Assembly: GCA_038881895.1 (NCBI GenBank) | Contig: JAVZOV010000002.1 | Location: 162,961-226,960 of the forward strand | Direction of reading: 5' to 3' | Length of the DNA: 64,000 nucleotides | Origin: Thermoprotei archaeon | GTDB lineage: Archaea > Thermoproteota > Thermoprotei > Gearchaeales > WAQG01 | Part shown: positions 20,606 to 31,072 of the stretch, in pieces | How positions within the stretch are numbered: position 1 is the first letter of the stretch | Layout of the letters: every line of letters starts with the position of its first letter | Notes under the pieces: generated by a model | What the model was told of the DNA's origin: nothing | Databases searched by the model: none | What the model saw: only the letters and a program-made list of their open reading frames with translations | Made by a program: the position numbers and the translations under genes

Positions 20606-21322
20606 GTGTGGTTCAAGAGTAGAAACATAAGGTTCGTGATCTCTGAGACTAGAGATCCAGTGGCCAATTTACTCATGGAAGAGATAATATTAGAGGCTGT
20701 CGATAAAGGATGCTCTATCGATACCCTCAGGTTATGGGTTAATGATAGATGTCTTGTAATGGGTAGAGGTTCAAAAGGTTATGGATGGTACAATGAGGAT
20801 CTCGCTACAAGAATGGGCATTAAAATTTACAGGAGGATAACGGGAGGAGGCGTTGTATACCATGATGGTGGTAACCTAAATTGGAGTTTTTATATAAGAC
20901 ATCAAGATAAAAACGTGGATATAGAAGAATTATTTAAGGGCCCCGCTCAAATTATAATAAAGGCTTTACACAACTTAAACATTGATGCATATTTTGTGCC
21001 ACCGAATAGGATCGAATATAGAGGTTACAAAATATCAGGCATGGCAGCATATGTTAAGAGAAATGCAGTCTTAGTGCATGGAACGCTCCTTGTTAGTGCA
21101 AACCTAGAAGAGCTGAATAAACTATGTATACCACCGTTAAATTCTCCACCTGTAACAAATCTTATACAATGGAAAAAAGACCTTACAGTGCACAAAATAA
21201 TAGATGTTATAGAAATCACTCTCCAACATGAAGGATTTAGCGTTATAAAGTCAAATCTTACTTCATGGGAAGATAAACAAGTCAAAGAGAAAATGCAAAA
21301 TATGCTCGATCTCATACATTAA
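20606..21322 (+). CDS. lplA: lipoate-protein ligase A catalytic domain (LplA-N)
   Basis: BPL/LPL catalytic-domain motifs (RRITGGGVVYHDGGNLNWSF; K in GYKISGMAAY); the real start may be the internal MEEIILEAV. Confidence 0.7.
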   Translation: MWFKSRNIRFVISETRDPVANLLMEEIILEAVDKGCSIDTLRLWVNDRCLVMGRGSKGYGWYNEDLATRMGIKIYRRITGGGVVYHDGGNLNWSFYIRHQDKNVDIEELFKGPAQIIIKALHNLNIDAYFVPPNRIEYRGYKISGMAAYVKRNAVLVHGTLLVSANLEELNKLCIPPLNSPPVTNLIQWKKDLTVHKIIDVIEITLQHEGFSVIKSNLTSWEDKQVKEKMQNMLDLIH

Positions 21323-21503
21323 TTAATGCGACATGGTGTTCCTTCTGAACGCACAGACAAAGAACTTGTGAACCTTTACATCAATTTAATGAAAGCGTAA
21401 AAGTCTGAAAAATTTTATCGTTTAAGATATTCTTATGTTATTTTGTAGGACCTTTGATAGGTAGGAGCTGCATTAGGTGTTAATTAAAGTGGAAGTTTAT
21501 TGA

Positions 21504-21791
21504 CACTCTCCACGGCTAAAGCCGGGAGATTCTCGGTTTGTCGTGGGGCCTCCACTCATTCTACCGAGTTCTGGGCTGTGTCAAGGCAGCCCCTGCCATG
21601 GACATGTAGTCCATAGCCCGCTTGCTGGAACCACCCTCACTCTTCTCGGTTCGGAGCCTTATTCCAGCTTTCGGACTTCCGAACCACATGCGAGCGACCC
21701 GCTCAAGGAGATGGTAGACTTGGATGAATATAAACTTAACGGCGATCCATCTCCACGACCGAAGTCGGAGGCCTTCTCGCCGAAAGAGTGG
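21504..21791. mobile_element. MITE-like GC-rich element with imperfect terminal inverted repeats (family Y)
   Basis: 5' cactctccacggc...ttcggtttgtcgtgg versus reverse-complemented 3' end cactctttcggcg...ttcggtcgtgg; internal core shared with 10985..11070; non-coding (the 83-aa ORF is Pro/Ser-rich and probably an artefact). Confidence 0.4.
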
Positions 21792-21799
21792 TAAGTATC

Positions 21800-22999
21800 T
21801 TAAGTTATAAATAATAAATAGGGTTGTTCTAAATATTCTTTTATTGTATTTACGAATTCTGCTGCCATAGCTCCGTCAATGATTCTGTGATCGAATGATA
21901 GTGATAAATACATTATTTTTCTTGTTATGAGTTTGTCATCTTTTATGACCGGTTTTTCTAGTATTCTATGTATGCCTAGTATGGCTGCTTCTGGATAATT
22001 TATTATGGGTACAGAGAGTATGCCTCCTATAGATCCTATGTTTGTGATTGAAAATGTGCTGTCTCTAACATCGTTTAATTCGAGTTTTTTATTTCTGGCT
22101 TTTTCCGTCAGTGTTTCTATTTCTTTTGCAAGTTCTATTATATTTTTTTTGTCAGCATTTTTGATAACTGGCACTACTAGTCCTTCTTGTGTTGCTGTAG
22201 CAATTCCTATATTATAATATTTTTTTATCACTATTTCATTTTTCTCTTCATCTAATGTTGCGTTGAAGATTGGATATTTTTTAAGTGCTTGTATGACTGC
22301 TTTTATTATGAATGGTAGATATGTTAGTTTTATGTTCTGTGCTGAGAGAGCTTCTTTTAGTTTTTCTCTAATGCTTACAAGTTCTGTTACATCTATTTCT
22401 TCAAAATGTACTGCATGTGGTATGTTTTTTATTGCTTGTTTCATATGTTCTCCTATTTGTCTTCTCATACCTCTGTATGGAATTCTTTCCACTTGTTGTT
22501 CTCGTGTTATCGTGATTTGTTCTGCTGGTTGTGGTTTGGGTGTTTCTATAGATTGAGCATATTGACGGACATCTTCTTCTGTGATACGTCCGCTAGGTCC
22601 TGTACCTTTGACTTTAGTTATGTCCACACCTAGTTCCCTAGCTAGTCTCCGTACGGCTGGAGTTGCCAGTATTTCCATTGGTTTCTGTGTTGTAGTGGGC
22701 TGGCTTGAGATTTGTGTTTGTTGTGTTATGTATTGCGGTTGTTGTTCTGGTGGTTGTTCGCCCTCTTCTAGTATGGATATTATTGGTTGTCCTACTCTGA
22801 TTTTTTCACCCTCTTTTGCAAGTATTTTATGTATTGTTCCATTTTTAGGTGATGCGATCTCTATATTTACTTTTTCTGTCATAACTTCTGCTATTGGCTG
22901 GTCGGCCTTTACTTTTTCACCTTCTTTTACCAGCCATCTTATTATCTCGGCTTCTACGGTTCCTTCCCCTATGTCTGGCAGTTTAAAGATGTATGGCAT
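21800..22999 (-). CDS. 2-oxoacid dehydrogenase complex E2, dihydrolipoamide acyltransferase
   Basis: N-terminal lipoyl domain with AEVMTEKVNIEIASP, E3/E1-binding domain, C-terminal catalytic DHRIIDG. Confidence 0.8.
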   Translation of the reverse strand: MPYIFKLPDIGEGTVEAEIIRWLVKEGEKVKADQPIAEVMTEKVNIEIASPKNGTIHKILAKEGEKIRVGQPIISILEEGEQPPEQQPQYITQQTQISSQPTTTQKPMEILATPAVRRLARELGVDITKVKGTGPSGRITEEDVRQYAQSIETPKPQPAEQITITREQQVERIPYRGMRRQIGEHMKQAIKNIPHAVHFEEIDVTELVSIREKLKEALSAQNIKLTYLPFIIKAVIQALKKYPIFNATLDEEKNEIVIKKYYNIGIATATQEGLVVPVIKNADKKNIIELAKEIETLTEKARNKKLELNDVRDSTFSITNIGSIGGILSVPIINYPEAAILGIHRILEKPVIKDDKLITRKIMYLSLSFDHRIIDGAMAAEFVNTIKEYLEQPYLLFIT

Positions 23000-23009
23000 T
23001 GCTTTTCAC

Positions 23010-23984
23010 CTAGTATGACATAACATGTTTTATAGCTTTAAGAACACGTTGCGCGTTAGGCATGTAGAGATTTTCAAGTGTATAAGGAAATGGTGTATCG
23101 AACCCTGTCACTCTGATTATTGGCGCTTTTAAATATTCTATGGCTTTTTCGCTTATTAGTGCAGAAATTTCAGCACCAAACCCGAGTGTTTTGGGAGCTT
23201 CGTGTAATATTATTGCTCTACCTGTTTTCTTGACAGAATTTATTATGGTTTGTATATCTAGTGGTATTAATGTTCGTAGGTCTATGATTTCTACATTGTA
23301 ACCTTCTCTGCTTGCTAGTTCTGCTGCTTCAAGAGCTACATGAACCATTGCTCCATATGAGTATATCGAGACATCATAACCTTCTTTGACTATCCTTGAT
23401 TTTCCTAGAGGGACTATGTAGTCATCATCAGGTACTTCTTCTTTGATTGCCCTGTATATTTTTTTCGGTTCCATGAATATTACCGGGTCTTGGTCCCTGA
23501 TCGCTGCTTTGAGTAATCCTTTTGCATCATATGGTGTTGATGGTATCACGACCTTTAGTCCTGCTGTGTGTGCGAAGTATGCTTCTCCGCTTTGTGAATG
23601 ATAATGTCCACCTTTTACACCACCACCGTAAGGTGTTCGTATAACTACATGAGCGGTAAACTGTCCTCCTGACCTATATCTCATCTTTGCTAAGTGATTT
23701 ACTATTTCTTCGAATGCTGTGAAAATGAAATCTTGAAATTGTATCTCTGCAATTGGTATGAGACCGTATATGGCCATCCCTATAGAAATACCAATGATTC
23801 CGGTCTCGCTTAATGGTGTGTCTATGACTCTGTTTTCACCGAATTCCTTAAGTAATCCATCAGTGACCCTGAATACTCCCCCTAATCTTCCTACATCTTC
23901 GCCTAGCACCACTATTCTGTCATCTTTCTGCATTTCCTCTTTTAGTGATGCATTTATCGCCTGTAATATGTTAATGACGGCCAT
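23010..23984 (-). CDS. 2-oxoacid dehydrogenase E1 component beta subunit
   Basis: Transketolase-like Pyr and C-terminal domains (GEDVGRLGGVFRVT...). Confidence 0.85.
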   Translation of the reverse strand: MAVINILQAINASLKEEMQKDDRIVVLGEDVGRLGGVFRVTDGLLKEFGENRVIDTPLSETGIIGISIGMAIYGLIPIAEIQFQDFIFTAFEEIVNHLAKMRYRSGGQFTAHVVIRTPYGGGVKGGHYHSQSGEAYFAHTAGLKVVIPSTPYDAKGLLKAAIRDQDPVIFMEPKKIYRAIKEEVPDDDYIVPLGKSRIVKEGYDVSIYSYGAMVHVALEAAELASREGYNVEIIDLRTLIPLDIQTIINSVKKTGRAIILHEAPKTLGFGAEISALISEKAIEYLKAPIIRVTGFDTPFPYTLENLYMPNAQRVLKAIKHVMSY

Positions 23985-25129
23985 TATTTGACCTCCTGGA
24001 TTTCTTTTTCTTTCTCTTTTAGTTCATCCAGAAGAAGTTCCATTTGTTCTTTTAGGTTCCAGGGCATTTCAGCATACACATCTTCGAATAAAGTTCTTGG
24101 GTCTGGGGGTGGTGTTTGCTCCATTTCATTAATTATGATATTTATTTCATCTTCAATCTTTTTTGCTGTCTCATTCTCATCATCTTCGCTCCATATTCCT
24201 TTTGATTCTAGGTAAATTCTAAATCGTTTAAGCGGATCATAACGCCGCATTGTCTCGACTTCTTCATGAGTTCTGTATTTTGTAGGATCGTCTGACGTGG
24301 AATGCGCACCGAGTCTATAGGTTACTGCCTCAATTAAGGTGGGACCTTCACCTTTACGAGCTTTTTCAATGGCTTCCTTCGTTATTGCGTATGATGCAAG
24401 TATATCATTTCCATCGATTCTTATACCTTGAAATCCGTATGCTATAGCTTTTATTGCGATCGTTATGCTTGCAGTTTGTCTAGAAACTGGAAGTGAGATT
24501 GCGTATTGATTATTTCTGCAAAGAAATACTACAGGTGCCTTGAAGACTCCTGCAAAATTCATACCAGTGTGGAATTCGCTTGTTGATGATGCTCCATCAC
24601 CAAAGTATGTAAGTACTACGCGTTTATCATTACGTAGCTTTGCAGCTATTGCAAAACCTGTTGCCATTGGTATTTGAGTTCCAACAGGACTTCCAGGTGT
24701 TACGTAGTTTATTCGTTTAAATCCCCAGTGATTAGGCATTTGTCTGCCTTTGTTTACATCTGCTGCATTGCCATACACTTGGGCTATTAGTTCTTTTAAT
24801 GTAGCGCCTCTTATTAGTGCTGCTCCAGGTTCTCTGTAGGCTGGAAATATCCAATCATCAGGTCCTAATGCGTATGCGCTTCCCACATATGCTGCCTCTT
24901 CTCCTTCTGAGGTAATATAAAATCCAATTCTACCTTGTCTTTGTAAGATTAACATCTTTTTATCCAATATACGCACTGTCAACATTGTTTTGTACAAGTG
25001 TTTTAATTCGTTTGATGTAAGTTTTGGCTCAAGTTCTTGATCATATGTTCCATCTGGTTTAAGAATTTGAAATGTTTTTATTGCACGATCAATATCAATC
25101 CCAGAAATTGACATTACACGTAACACCAT
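23984..25129 (-). CDS. 2-oxoacid dehydrogenase E1 component alpha subunit (TPP-binding)
   Basis: TPP motif GDGASSTSEFHTGMNFAG; 1-nt overlap with the E1 beta gene. Confidence 0.85.
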   Translation of the reverse strand: MVLRVMSISGIDIDRAIKTFQILKPDGTYDQELEPKLTSNELKHLYKTMLTVRILDKKMLILQRQGRIGFYITSEGEEAAYVGSAYALGPDDWIFPAYREPGAALIRGATLKELIAQVYGNAADVNKGRQMPNHWGFKRINYVTPGSPVGTQIPMATGFAIAAKLRNDKRVVLTYFGDGASSTSEFHTGMNFAGVFKAPVVFLCRNNQYAISLPVSRQTASITIAIKAIAYGFQGIRIDGNDILASYAITKEAIEKARKGEGPTLIEAVTYRLGAHSTSDDPTKYRTHEEVETMRRYDPLKRFRIYLESKGIWSEDDENETAKKIEDEINIIINEMEQTPPPDPRTLFEDVYAEMPWNLKEQMELLLDELKEKEKEIQEVK

Positions 25130-25400
25130 GTATTGAAAATTATTGCATGTATATATTTTTCATCTATCCTATATGAAAATTCATCTATCTTTTTTATATA
25201 AGTAGTTTATGAGCGTATTTGATGCTGATTCTCTCTATAATTAAAGTTGAGGAATGCTAACTTAATGATCTTGTTATATTAAACTTTAACAAAGATATTT
25301 CTATGAATTATGTTCCATGACTCGCTTAAGCTTTTTTATAGATTATTAGTAATAATTTACCCCAGAACTTTAGTTTTGGATTCGTGTAAATTCTTATTTA

Positions 25401-25520
25401 ACCTCCTCCTGTCCTGAGAGGCAAAAGGTTTTTCTCGGGAGTTCATTAGTTCTCTGCATCAATTCGAGGACGCGATGAATGATGACAGCGTCGACCTTTC
25501 AGAGGCGCCTTACAAACAGA
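25401..25520. repeat. GC-rich intergenic island with motifs shared with family X
   Basis: cctcctcctgtcctgagaggc and ctttcagaggcg resemble the tail of the 13.9-kb element (cctcctccccgccctaaagaggcgaggctttcagg). Confidence 0.3.
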
Positions 25521-25664
25521 TGCATAATCTATAAGTGTATAGCTTATACTAAATAAGGCTAAAAACTCTATGTTCGAGCACTCAGAAAATTAATAGGGAA
25601 CATGATGATCTTCGCGTTGGTACTAGGCTTTCTTCAACTGTAGTTTTCAGATCCATATATAATG

Positions 25665-26429
25665 TTAAGTCCTTTGGATTGTTTTTGAGTATACTATTGC
25701 ACCTATTATTATGAATGCTGTTGAGAATATTATAGCATATAATATATTCTGGATCGCTGGTGTTTTATTTGTAAGAGCACTTCTTAGGATATCTGTTCCG
25801 TGGGTTACTGGATTGTACATAGCTATTAAAGGTATTGGTTGTGGTAGCGTATCGAGGATTTGTATTGGGTAAAAGATTGTGCTACAAAAAAGTAGAACGA
25901 AGTAAAAGAGTCCTCGTAATGTTACGTATAAATCAAAACTTTTTGTAGATGCAGCCATGGATATACTAAGCGAAGAAATTCCTAAGGAGAGAATTGACAG
26001 TATAACGAGAGATAGAAGAATGATATTCCAGTTTAGTGTTGTTTCTAGTAAGTAATAGTAAACGATGTTAATTATTAGAAATGGTGACATGTACATTACT
26101 CCTCGTATTCCACCTGAAATAATGCGACCAAAAATTATTTCGTTTTTTGATATAGGTAAACTTAATAGATAATGATGTATCATGCGTCTAAGTTCCATGT
26201 TTATTTCACGTCCTATTGCGAATGCCGAAGCGAAAAGTGCTCCTACTGTAATTCCTGGGAGTACAAAGTTAAAGTATTGAAAACGTGTTATTATGTTATT
26301 GAATATGAGTGCCAATATTGCGATATCAGCTATGTTCATACTTATAAGACCTGCTAACCACCATTTGTATTTGAAAAAGTTCTTTACGTCGTGTTCTACT
26401 ATATAAATGAAGTTGAATTTCAGGTCCAT
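25665..26429 (-). CDS. ABC-2 type transporter permease
   Basis: 6-TM ABC-2 permease; 10-nt overlap with the next permease gene. Confidence 0.55.
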   Translation of the reverse strand: MDLKFNFIYIVEHDVKNFFKYKWWLAGLISMNIADIAILALIFNNIITRFQYFNFVLPGITVGALFASAFAIGREINMELRRMIHHYLLSLPISKNEIIFGRIISGGIRGVMYMSPFLIINIVYYYLLETTLNWNIILLSLVILSILSLGISSLSISMAASTKSFDLYVTLRGLFYFVLLFCSTIFYPIQILDTLPQPIPLIAMYNPVTHGTDILRSALTNKTPAIQNILYAIIFSTAFIIIGAIVYSKTIQRT

Positions 26430-27196
26430 CCGCCTCCTTCAAGGTTTCTTTCATAAAACAAAATGGCAAGTGTTGTTGTTCCTATTGCGAAAGCAAGCAA
26501 TATCACAATGCCCATGATTGGGTCTAAAGGGATTCCTTGTGGTACTAGTAATGCTGCCCTTAAAACGTCCGCTGCATAGGTTAGTGGGTTGACGCGCGCT
26601 AGTATTCCATATACTGGGTTTGATTTTGTTATTGCTTGGATAGGATAAAAGACTGTACTTAGACGTGCTATGAATGCATCCATCATGCCTAGTATTATAT
26701 CGGTTTTATCTCCAGATTTTAATGTTGATGCGAGTGTAATTCCTAATCCTGCTACTCCGAATGATAATAAAAATATGGATATTCCTGCCTCTATTAGAAG
26801 TATAGGATCAGCAATCCCAACTAAATATAGTGCTGTGATAAAGGGTGGTAATGTTATTATGAGTCCTCGTAATCCTCCTCCAATTGATCGTCCAAGTTCA
26901 AGTTCTTTTCTTGTTATAGGTAAGCTCAATAAATAATCAACTACACCACTTTCTGCCTCTTCTAGAATTTCGTAAGCTATTGTTATAGATGATGAATATA
27001 GAGTAACTACATATATACCGATTGTATAATATTCTTTATAGTAATAATATGATGGCGAGACAAGATTAGCTAGCGCATATCCGAATACAGCTACTTGCAC
27101 GAAAAACCATATCCATCTCATTGTCATAAATGCTTTTTGTTGGTTAATTAACCTAAGATCACGTTCAGCAACTAAGAATATTATTTTTATATTCAT
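26420..27196 (-). CDS. ABC-2 type transporter permease
   Basis: 6-TM ABC-2 permease, paralogue of the downstream gene; overlaps the ATPase gene by 1 nt. Confidence 0.55.
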   Translation of the reverse strand: MNIKIIFLVAERDLRLINQQKAFMTMRWIWFFVQVAVFGYALANLVSPSYYYYKEYYTIGIYVVTLYSSSITIAYEILEEAESGVVDYLLSLPITRKELELGRSIGGGLRGLIITLPPFITALYLVGIADPILLIEAGISIFLLSFGVAGLGITLASTLKSGDKTDIILGMMDAFIARLSTVFYPIQAITKSNPVYGILARVNPLTYAADVLRAALLVPQGIPLDPIMGIVILLAFAIGTTTLAILFYERNLEGGGWT

Positions 27197-28158
27197 TACC
27201 TTTCACCGACACTCACTTCAGTTAACGTCTCACCAGTGTAATATAGAAATACATCATCAAGTGTTGGCTCCCTGATGGTTGCTGACAGAATTTTTATACC
27301 TCTATTGTTTAAGAATGATATTAATTGGGGTAAAAATTCTTCTCCTCTATTAAGATAAATTCTTAAGATTTTATTAGAATAACTTATTTTGGAGATTCGT
27401 TCATCAGATCGTATCTCATTTAATAAGCTTGAATTGATATTGCTCTCGACTTTTAATTCTATAACATCACCACTTGGTACAGTATCTTTTAATTGACTTG
27501 GTGCTCCAGAAGTCACGATCCTACCTTTGTAAATTATGGCAACTCGATCAGATAAAATGTCAGCTTCGAATAAATCGTTTGTAGAAAGGATAATTGTTGA
27601 TCCTGTGTCTCGAAATTCTCTAATCATGGACCATATAAAATGTTTACCTGTTACATCAATTTGTGACGTCGGTTCGTCGAATATTGCGATTTTTGGTTTT
27701 TTAATTAAAACTTTTCCTACCTCAATTTTTTTCCTTTGCCCTCCAGATAACTCGAACACCTTTTTGTTCCGCGAATCCCACAAATCTAATTTCTCGAGTA
27801 CATCTCTTACTATGTTTTTTGCTTCTTCACCTCTATATCCACAAACCTTTGCATGCCAGTAGAGAACTTCCCATGGTGTGTTGATCCAGTAAACTTTAGG
27901 GTCTTGAAAAGCAATTCCTATAATTTCTCTGACTTTCTTAGGTTGTCTTCTGATATCATAACCATCGATTATAGCTGTACCATCAGATGGTTTTATCACA
28001 GTAGCCAGCATGAGTATGGTAGTAGTCTTTCCAGCACCATTAGGTCCCAGAAATCCAAAGATTTCATTCTCATAGATTTTTAAACTTATATGATCGACTG
28101 CAAGATTTTTACCATAATATTTAGTTAGACCATGAATTTCTACAGCAACTTTGCTCAT
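27196..28158 (-). CDS. ABC transporter ATP-binding protein (exporter)
   Basis: Walker A GPNGAGKTT, signature LSGGQRKK, Walker B IAIFDEPT. Confidence 0.8.
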   Translation of the reverse strand: MSKVAVEIHGLTKYYGKNLAVDHISLKIYENEIFGFLGPNGAGKTTTILMLATVIKPSDGTAIIDGYDIRRQPKKVREIIGIAFQDPKVYWINTPWEVLYWHAKVCGYRGEEAKNIVRDVLEKLDLWDSRNKKVFELSGGQRKKIEVGKVLIKKPKIAIFDEPTSQIDVTGKHFIWSMIREFRDTGSTIILSTNDLFEADILSDRVAIIYKGRIVTSGAPSQLKDTVPSGDVIELKVESNINSSLLNEIRSDERISKISYSNKILRIYLNRGEEFLPQLISFLNNRGIKILSATIREPTLDDVFLYYTGETLTEVSVGER

Positions 28159-28532
28159 TTTTCTTTAAAAGATAAATCTATCAGCTATATAAATCTATTA
28201 CAGTTATCACAACCTTTTTAGTTGCTCTAGAATGATTCACGTTTAAGTTTCAGTCTATCCTTTCTTTACAAGCATCTCATAAGAAACAGCAAGAAAGCAG
28301 ATCCTTTAATTAATGTGCGAAAAACGCGTTAATTAATGAATCTTTATAAAATGAAACAAAAATAACTCATAGGCTGCGGTGTTAGAGAAGTGACAACGGC
28401 ATCTTTTTGTTTGGGGACAGCTCATAAAGAATCTGAGCATTGACTTTATTTTTATCATAAAAGCGGTTGTGAACTCTTATTCTTCTGAGACACATTTTTA
28501 TTTTTGTTAAAAGTGTAAGATGTAGGTAGCAA

Positions 28533-29441
28533 ATGTTTAGTGGTGATTTGTCGTCCCAAAGTGATCGAAGGTTTATAATTCGGTTAGTGACTGACAGTGA
28601 TAAAGATTTTGTAATGAGCTATACTAGTAAGACTTGGGAGTGGGGAGATTACATAGGTTATGTTTGGGACAAATGGATTAATGATAAGAATGGACAATTT
28701 GTAGCTATAGATGTAAATGGTAAAGCTGTAGCTATATGCCATATGGATGTAATCGAAGGTGGCGTGGCATGGTTAGAGGGTATGCGTGTGCATCCTGATT
28801 ATCGTAATAAGGGGTTTGCTTCTATACTCACGAGTTATTGTATAAGTATTGCCAAAGAGCGAGGGCTTTCGTATGCTATGTTGGTCACGTCTTCAAAAAA
28901 TAAGCCTGCACAGAGAGTAGCGGAGAAGTTAGGATTTTCTGTAATGGCTAGGTATACGAATTTTAAAGATGAAGTTAAAGAATTTGCTAAAGAAGAAAGT
29001 AAGGCGCACAGAGCAACACTTCATGAATTCGATTTAGTGTGGAACTATCTATCTTCTTCTTGCAATTATTCGTTTAATAATGGTATAATTGGTTCTCAGT
29101 CGAAAAAGTGGGCCTTTACGTTTATTAATGAAAAAACTTTAAAAGAAGATATCATTTTGGGCAATGTAATAATTCATGGGGTAAGGCAGCTTGATGGAAT
29201 TGCAATTTTAGGCTCTACATCGGATGATGATAATCTTTATGTTAGATTCATCGATGGTGTTCCAGATGGGCTTAAAGAAATAGTTAAGGCTTTACGGTTA
29301 TATAGGTCTGAATCTGGTTTGAATGGTATAGAAGGATTTGCACCAGTAACAAGTTTAATAATTAATATCTTGAAGGACGAGGGTTTTAGTGTTAATGAGG
29401 GAAGACAATTGCTTGTTTATGCCTTGAAATTTTCTAGTTAA
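28533..29441 (+). CDS. GNAT-family N-acetyltransferase with C-terminal extension
   Basis: Acetyl-CoA binding motif RNKGFASILTSYCISIAKERG. Confidence 0.6.
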   Translation: MFSGDLSSQSDRRFIIRLVTDSDKDFVMSYTSKTWEWGDYIGYVWDKWINDKNGQFVAIDVNGKAVAICHMDVIEGGVAWLEGMRVHPDYRNKGFASILTSYCISIAKERGLSYAMLVTSSKNKPAQRVAEKLGFSVMARYTNFKDEVKEFAKEESKAHRATLHEFDLVWNYLSSSCNYSFNNGIIGSQSKKWAFTFINEKTLKEDIILGNVIIHGVRQLDGIAILGSTSDDDNLYVRFIDGVPDGLKEIVKALRLYRSESGLNGIEGFAPVTSLIINILKDEGFSVNEGRQLLVYALKFSS

Positions 29442-29480
29442 TGCTTTTTTATTCTGAAGAATAAGTTTTTGAATTATTTG

Positions 29481-30914
29481 CTATTTCTTTATTCTCCATA
29501 CTGTCCTGTCTTTGAAATCTTCTATCTCTATGCCGAGTCTTCTTAATTCTGAAGCTATCCAATCGGCTGTAGTGTAGTCTTTTGTTTTTCTATGATGTTG
29601 TCTGACCTCAATGAGCAAATCTATTACTTTTGATGTTAAATCTGTCTCACTAGTTTGTACTTGTGTTAATTGTTTTTCAAATAAACCGAATACTGCACCG
29701 AAGTCCTGGAAAAGATGCAGTGATTTATTTACTACAGCATACGTTGGATTATAGACTATGGTTCCTCTTACTATTGATTGTAGTTTATAAAGATATGTAA
29801 GTGCTAATGGAGTGTTGAAGTCATCAGCCATAGCTTCTATGAAGTTTTTCTCAATGTTTACTAAATCATTCATGATTAATAACTCTTTCTCATCTAGTTT
29901 GTATGATGGTTCTACTTCTTTGCTTATTTTTGTGAGAAGTTCTAATGAGGCTAAAAGTTTATCATAGCTTTGTGACGCATGTTCTAAACCTTCAAAATTA
30001 AATTCCAGTGGACTCCTGTATTGAGTTCCTATTAAGTATAATCTGAGAGCTTCGGGTTTGAATTTTGTTAATAATTCTTTTAGGGGAATCATGTTTCCCA
30101 TGGATTTCCCCATTCTTTGCCCAGAAACTGTGACTAAACCGGTGTGCATCCAGTATTTGACCCATCGATGTCCAAATAATGCTTCGCTCTGTGCTCTTTC
30201 ATTCTCATGATGCGGGAATATTAGATCTTGTCCTCCGCCATGTATATCAAATTCTTCTCCGAGATATTTGGTTGACATTACAGAGCATTCTATGTGCCAT
30301 CCAGGTCTTCCTTTACTCCATGGGCTATTCCAGTAAGGTTCGTTTGGTTTGAAAGACTTCCATAGCGCGAAGTCATAAGCTTTTCTTTTTCCTTCACCTG
30401 GCTCTACTGTTTTTAATTCCTCACGTTTTATTTTTGAAAGTTCGCCATAATTATTATACGAATCTACATTGAAATAGACACTACCATCTTGAGATACATA
30501 AGCACAACCTTTTTCAATTAGCCTTGTTATGAAATTTATTACATCATTTATATGTTCGGTTACTCGTGGCTGCACATACGCTCTTTTTATGAGTAATCTG
30601 TCCATATCCTCAAAGTATGCTTTTATATAATAATCAGCAATTTCTTTCCAGTCACGATTTTCTTTTATTGCACGATTTATTATCTTGTCATCTATATCTG
30701 TTATATTTTGAACATAAAATACACTATAGCCAATAAACTCAAAGAATCTTCTGACTATGTCGAACACTACATAGGTTCTTGCATGACCTACATGACTATG
30801 ATCATAGACCGTCGGTCCGCATACATACATTTTAACAATACCTGGTATAACAGGCTCGAACAACTCTTTACTTCCAGTTAATGTATTGTAAATTTGCATT
30901 TGCACATAATTCAC
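29481..30914 (-). CDS. cysS: cysteinyl-tRNA synthetase
   Basis: Class I HIGH (HVGHARTY) and KMSKS (KMGKSMGN) motifs; 477 aa. Confidence 0.9.
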   Translation of the reverse strand: MNYVQMQIYNTLTGSKELFEPVIPGIVKMYVCGPTVYDHSHVGHARTYVVFDIVRRFFEFIGYSVFYVQNITDIDDKIINRAIKENRDWKEIADYYIKAYFEDMDRLLIKRAYVQPRVTEHINDVINFITRLIEKGCAYVSQDGSVYFNVDSYNNYGELSKIKREELKTVEPGEGKRKAYDFALWKSFKPNEPYWNSPWSKGRPGWHIECSVMSTKYLGEEFDIHGGGQDLIFPHHENERAQSEALFGHRWVKYWMHTGLVTVSGQRMGKSMGNMIPLKELLTKFKPEALRLYLIGTQYRSPLEFNFEGLEHASQSYDKLLASLELLTKISKEVEPSYKLDEKELLIMNDLVNIEKNFIEAMADDFNTPLALTYLYKLQSIVRGTIVYNPTYAVVNKSLHLFQDFGAVFGLFEKQLTQVQTSETDLTSKVIDLLIEVRQHHRKTKDYTTADWIASELRRLGIEIEDFKDRTVWRIKK

Positions 30915-31072
30915 GCTCTTATTAAAATCAATAATCTATATTAAGCTTACTCGTTTAAAATTTTAACTAAAATTCTCAAAGTAACAGATAGTATCATGTT
31001 GAAATCCCCCTTGTTCTTACTTGACTATTTTTATAGAATAAATATAAAAAAATAATTATGATTTTTATGTCT

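Noticed and set aside
21543-21794. 83-aa ORF inside the MITE-like element
   Set aside because: Pro/Ser/Gly-rich low-complexity product typical of spurious ORFs in GC-rich non-coding DNA.
22005-23018. Series of plus-strand ORFs (70-145 aa) antisense to the E2 gene
   Set aside because: Cys/Phe-rich low-complexity translations opposite a well-supported coding gene; the same applies to 370..624, 11487..11720, 14340..14555, 26670..26936, 27536..28083, 36070..36480, 48936..49412 and 58303..58848.
28306-28338. Inverted repeat ttaattaatgtgcg-aaaaa-cgcgttaattaa between divergent ABC exporter and GNAT genes
   Set aside because: The arms are the self-complementary AT-only octamer TTAATTAA, low information in an AT-rich genome; possibly a TF site but not distinguishable from chance.
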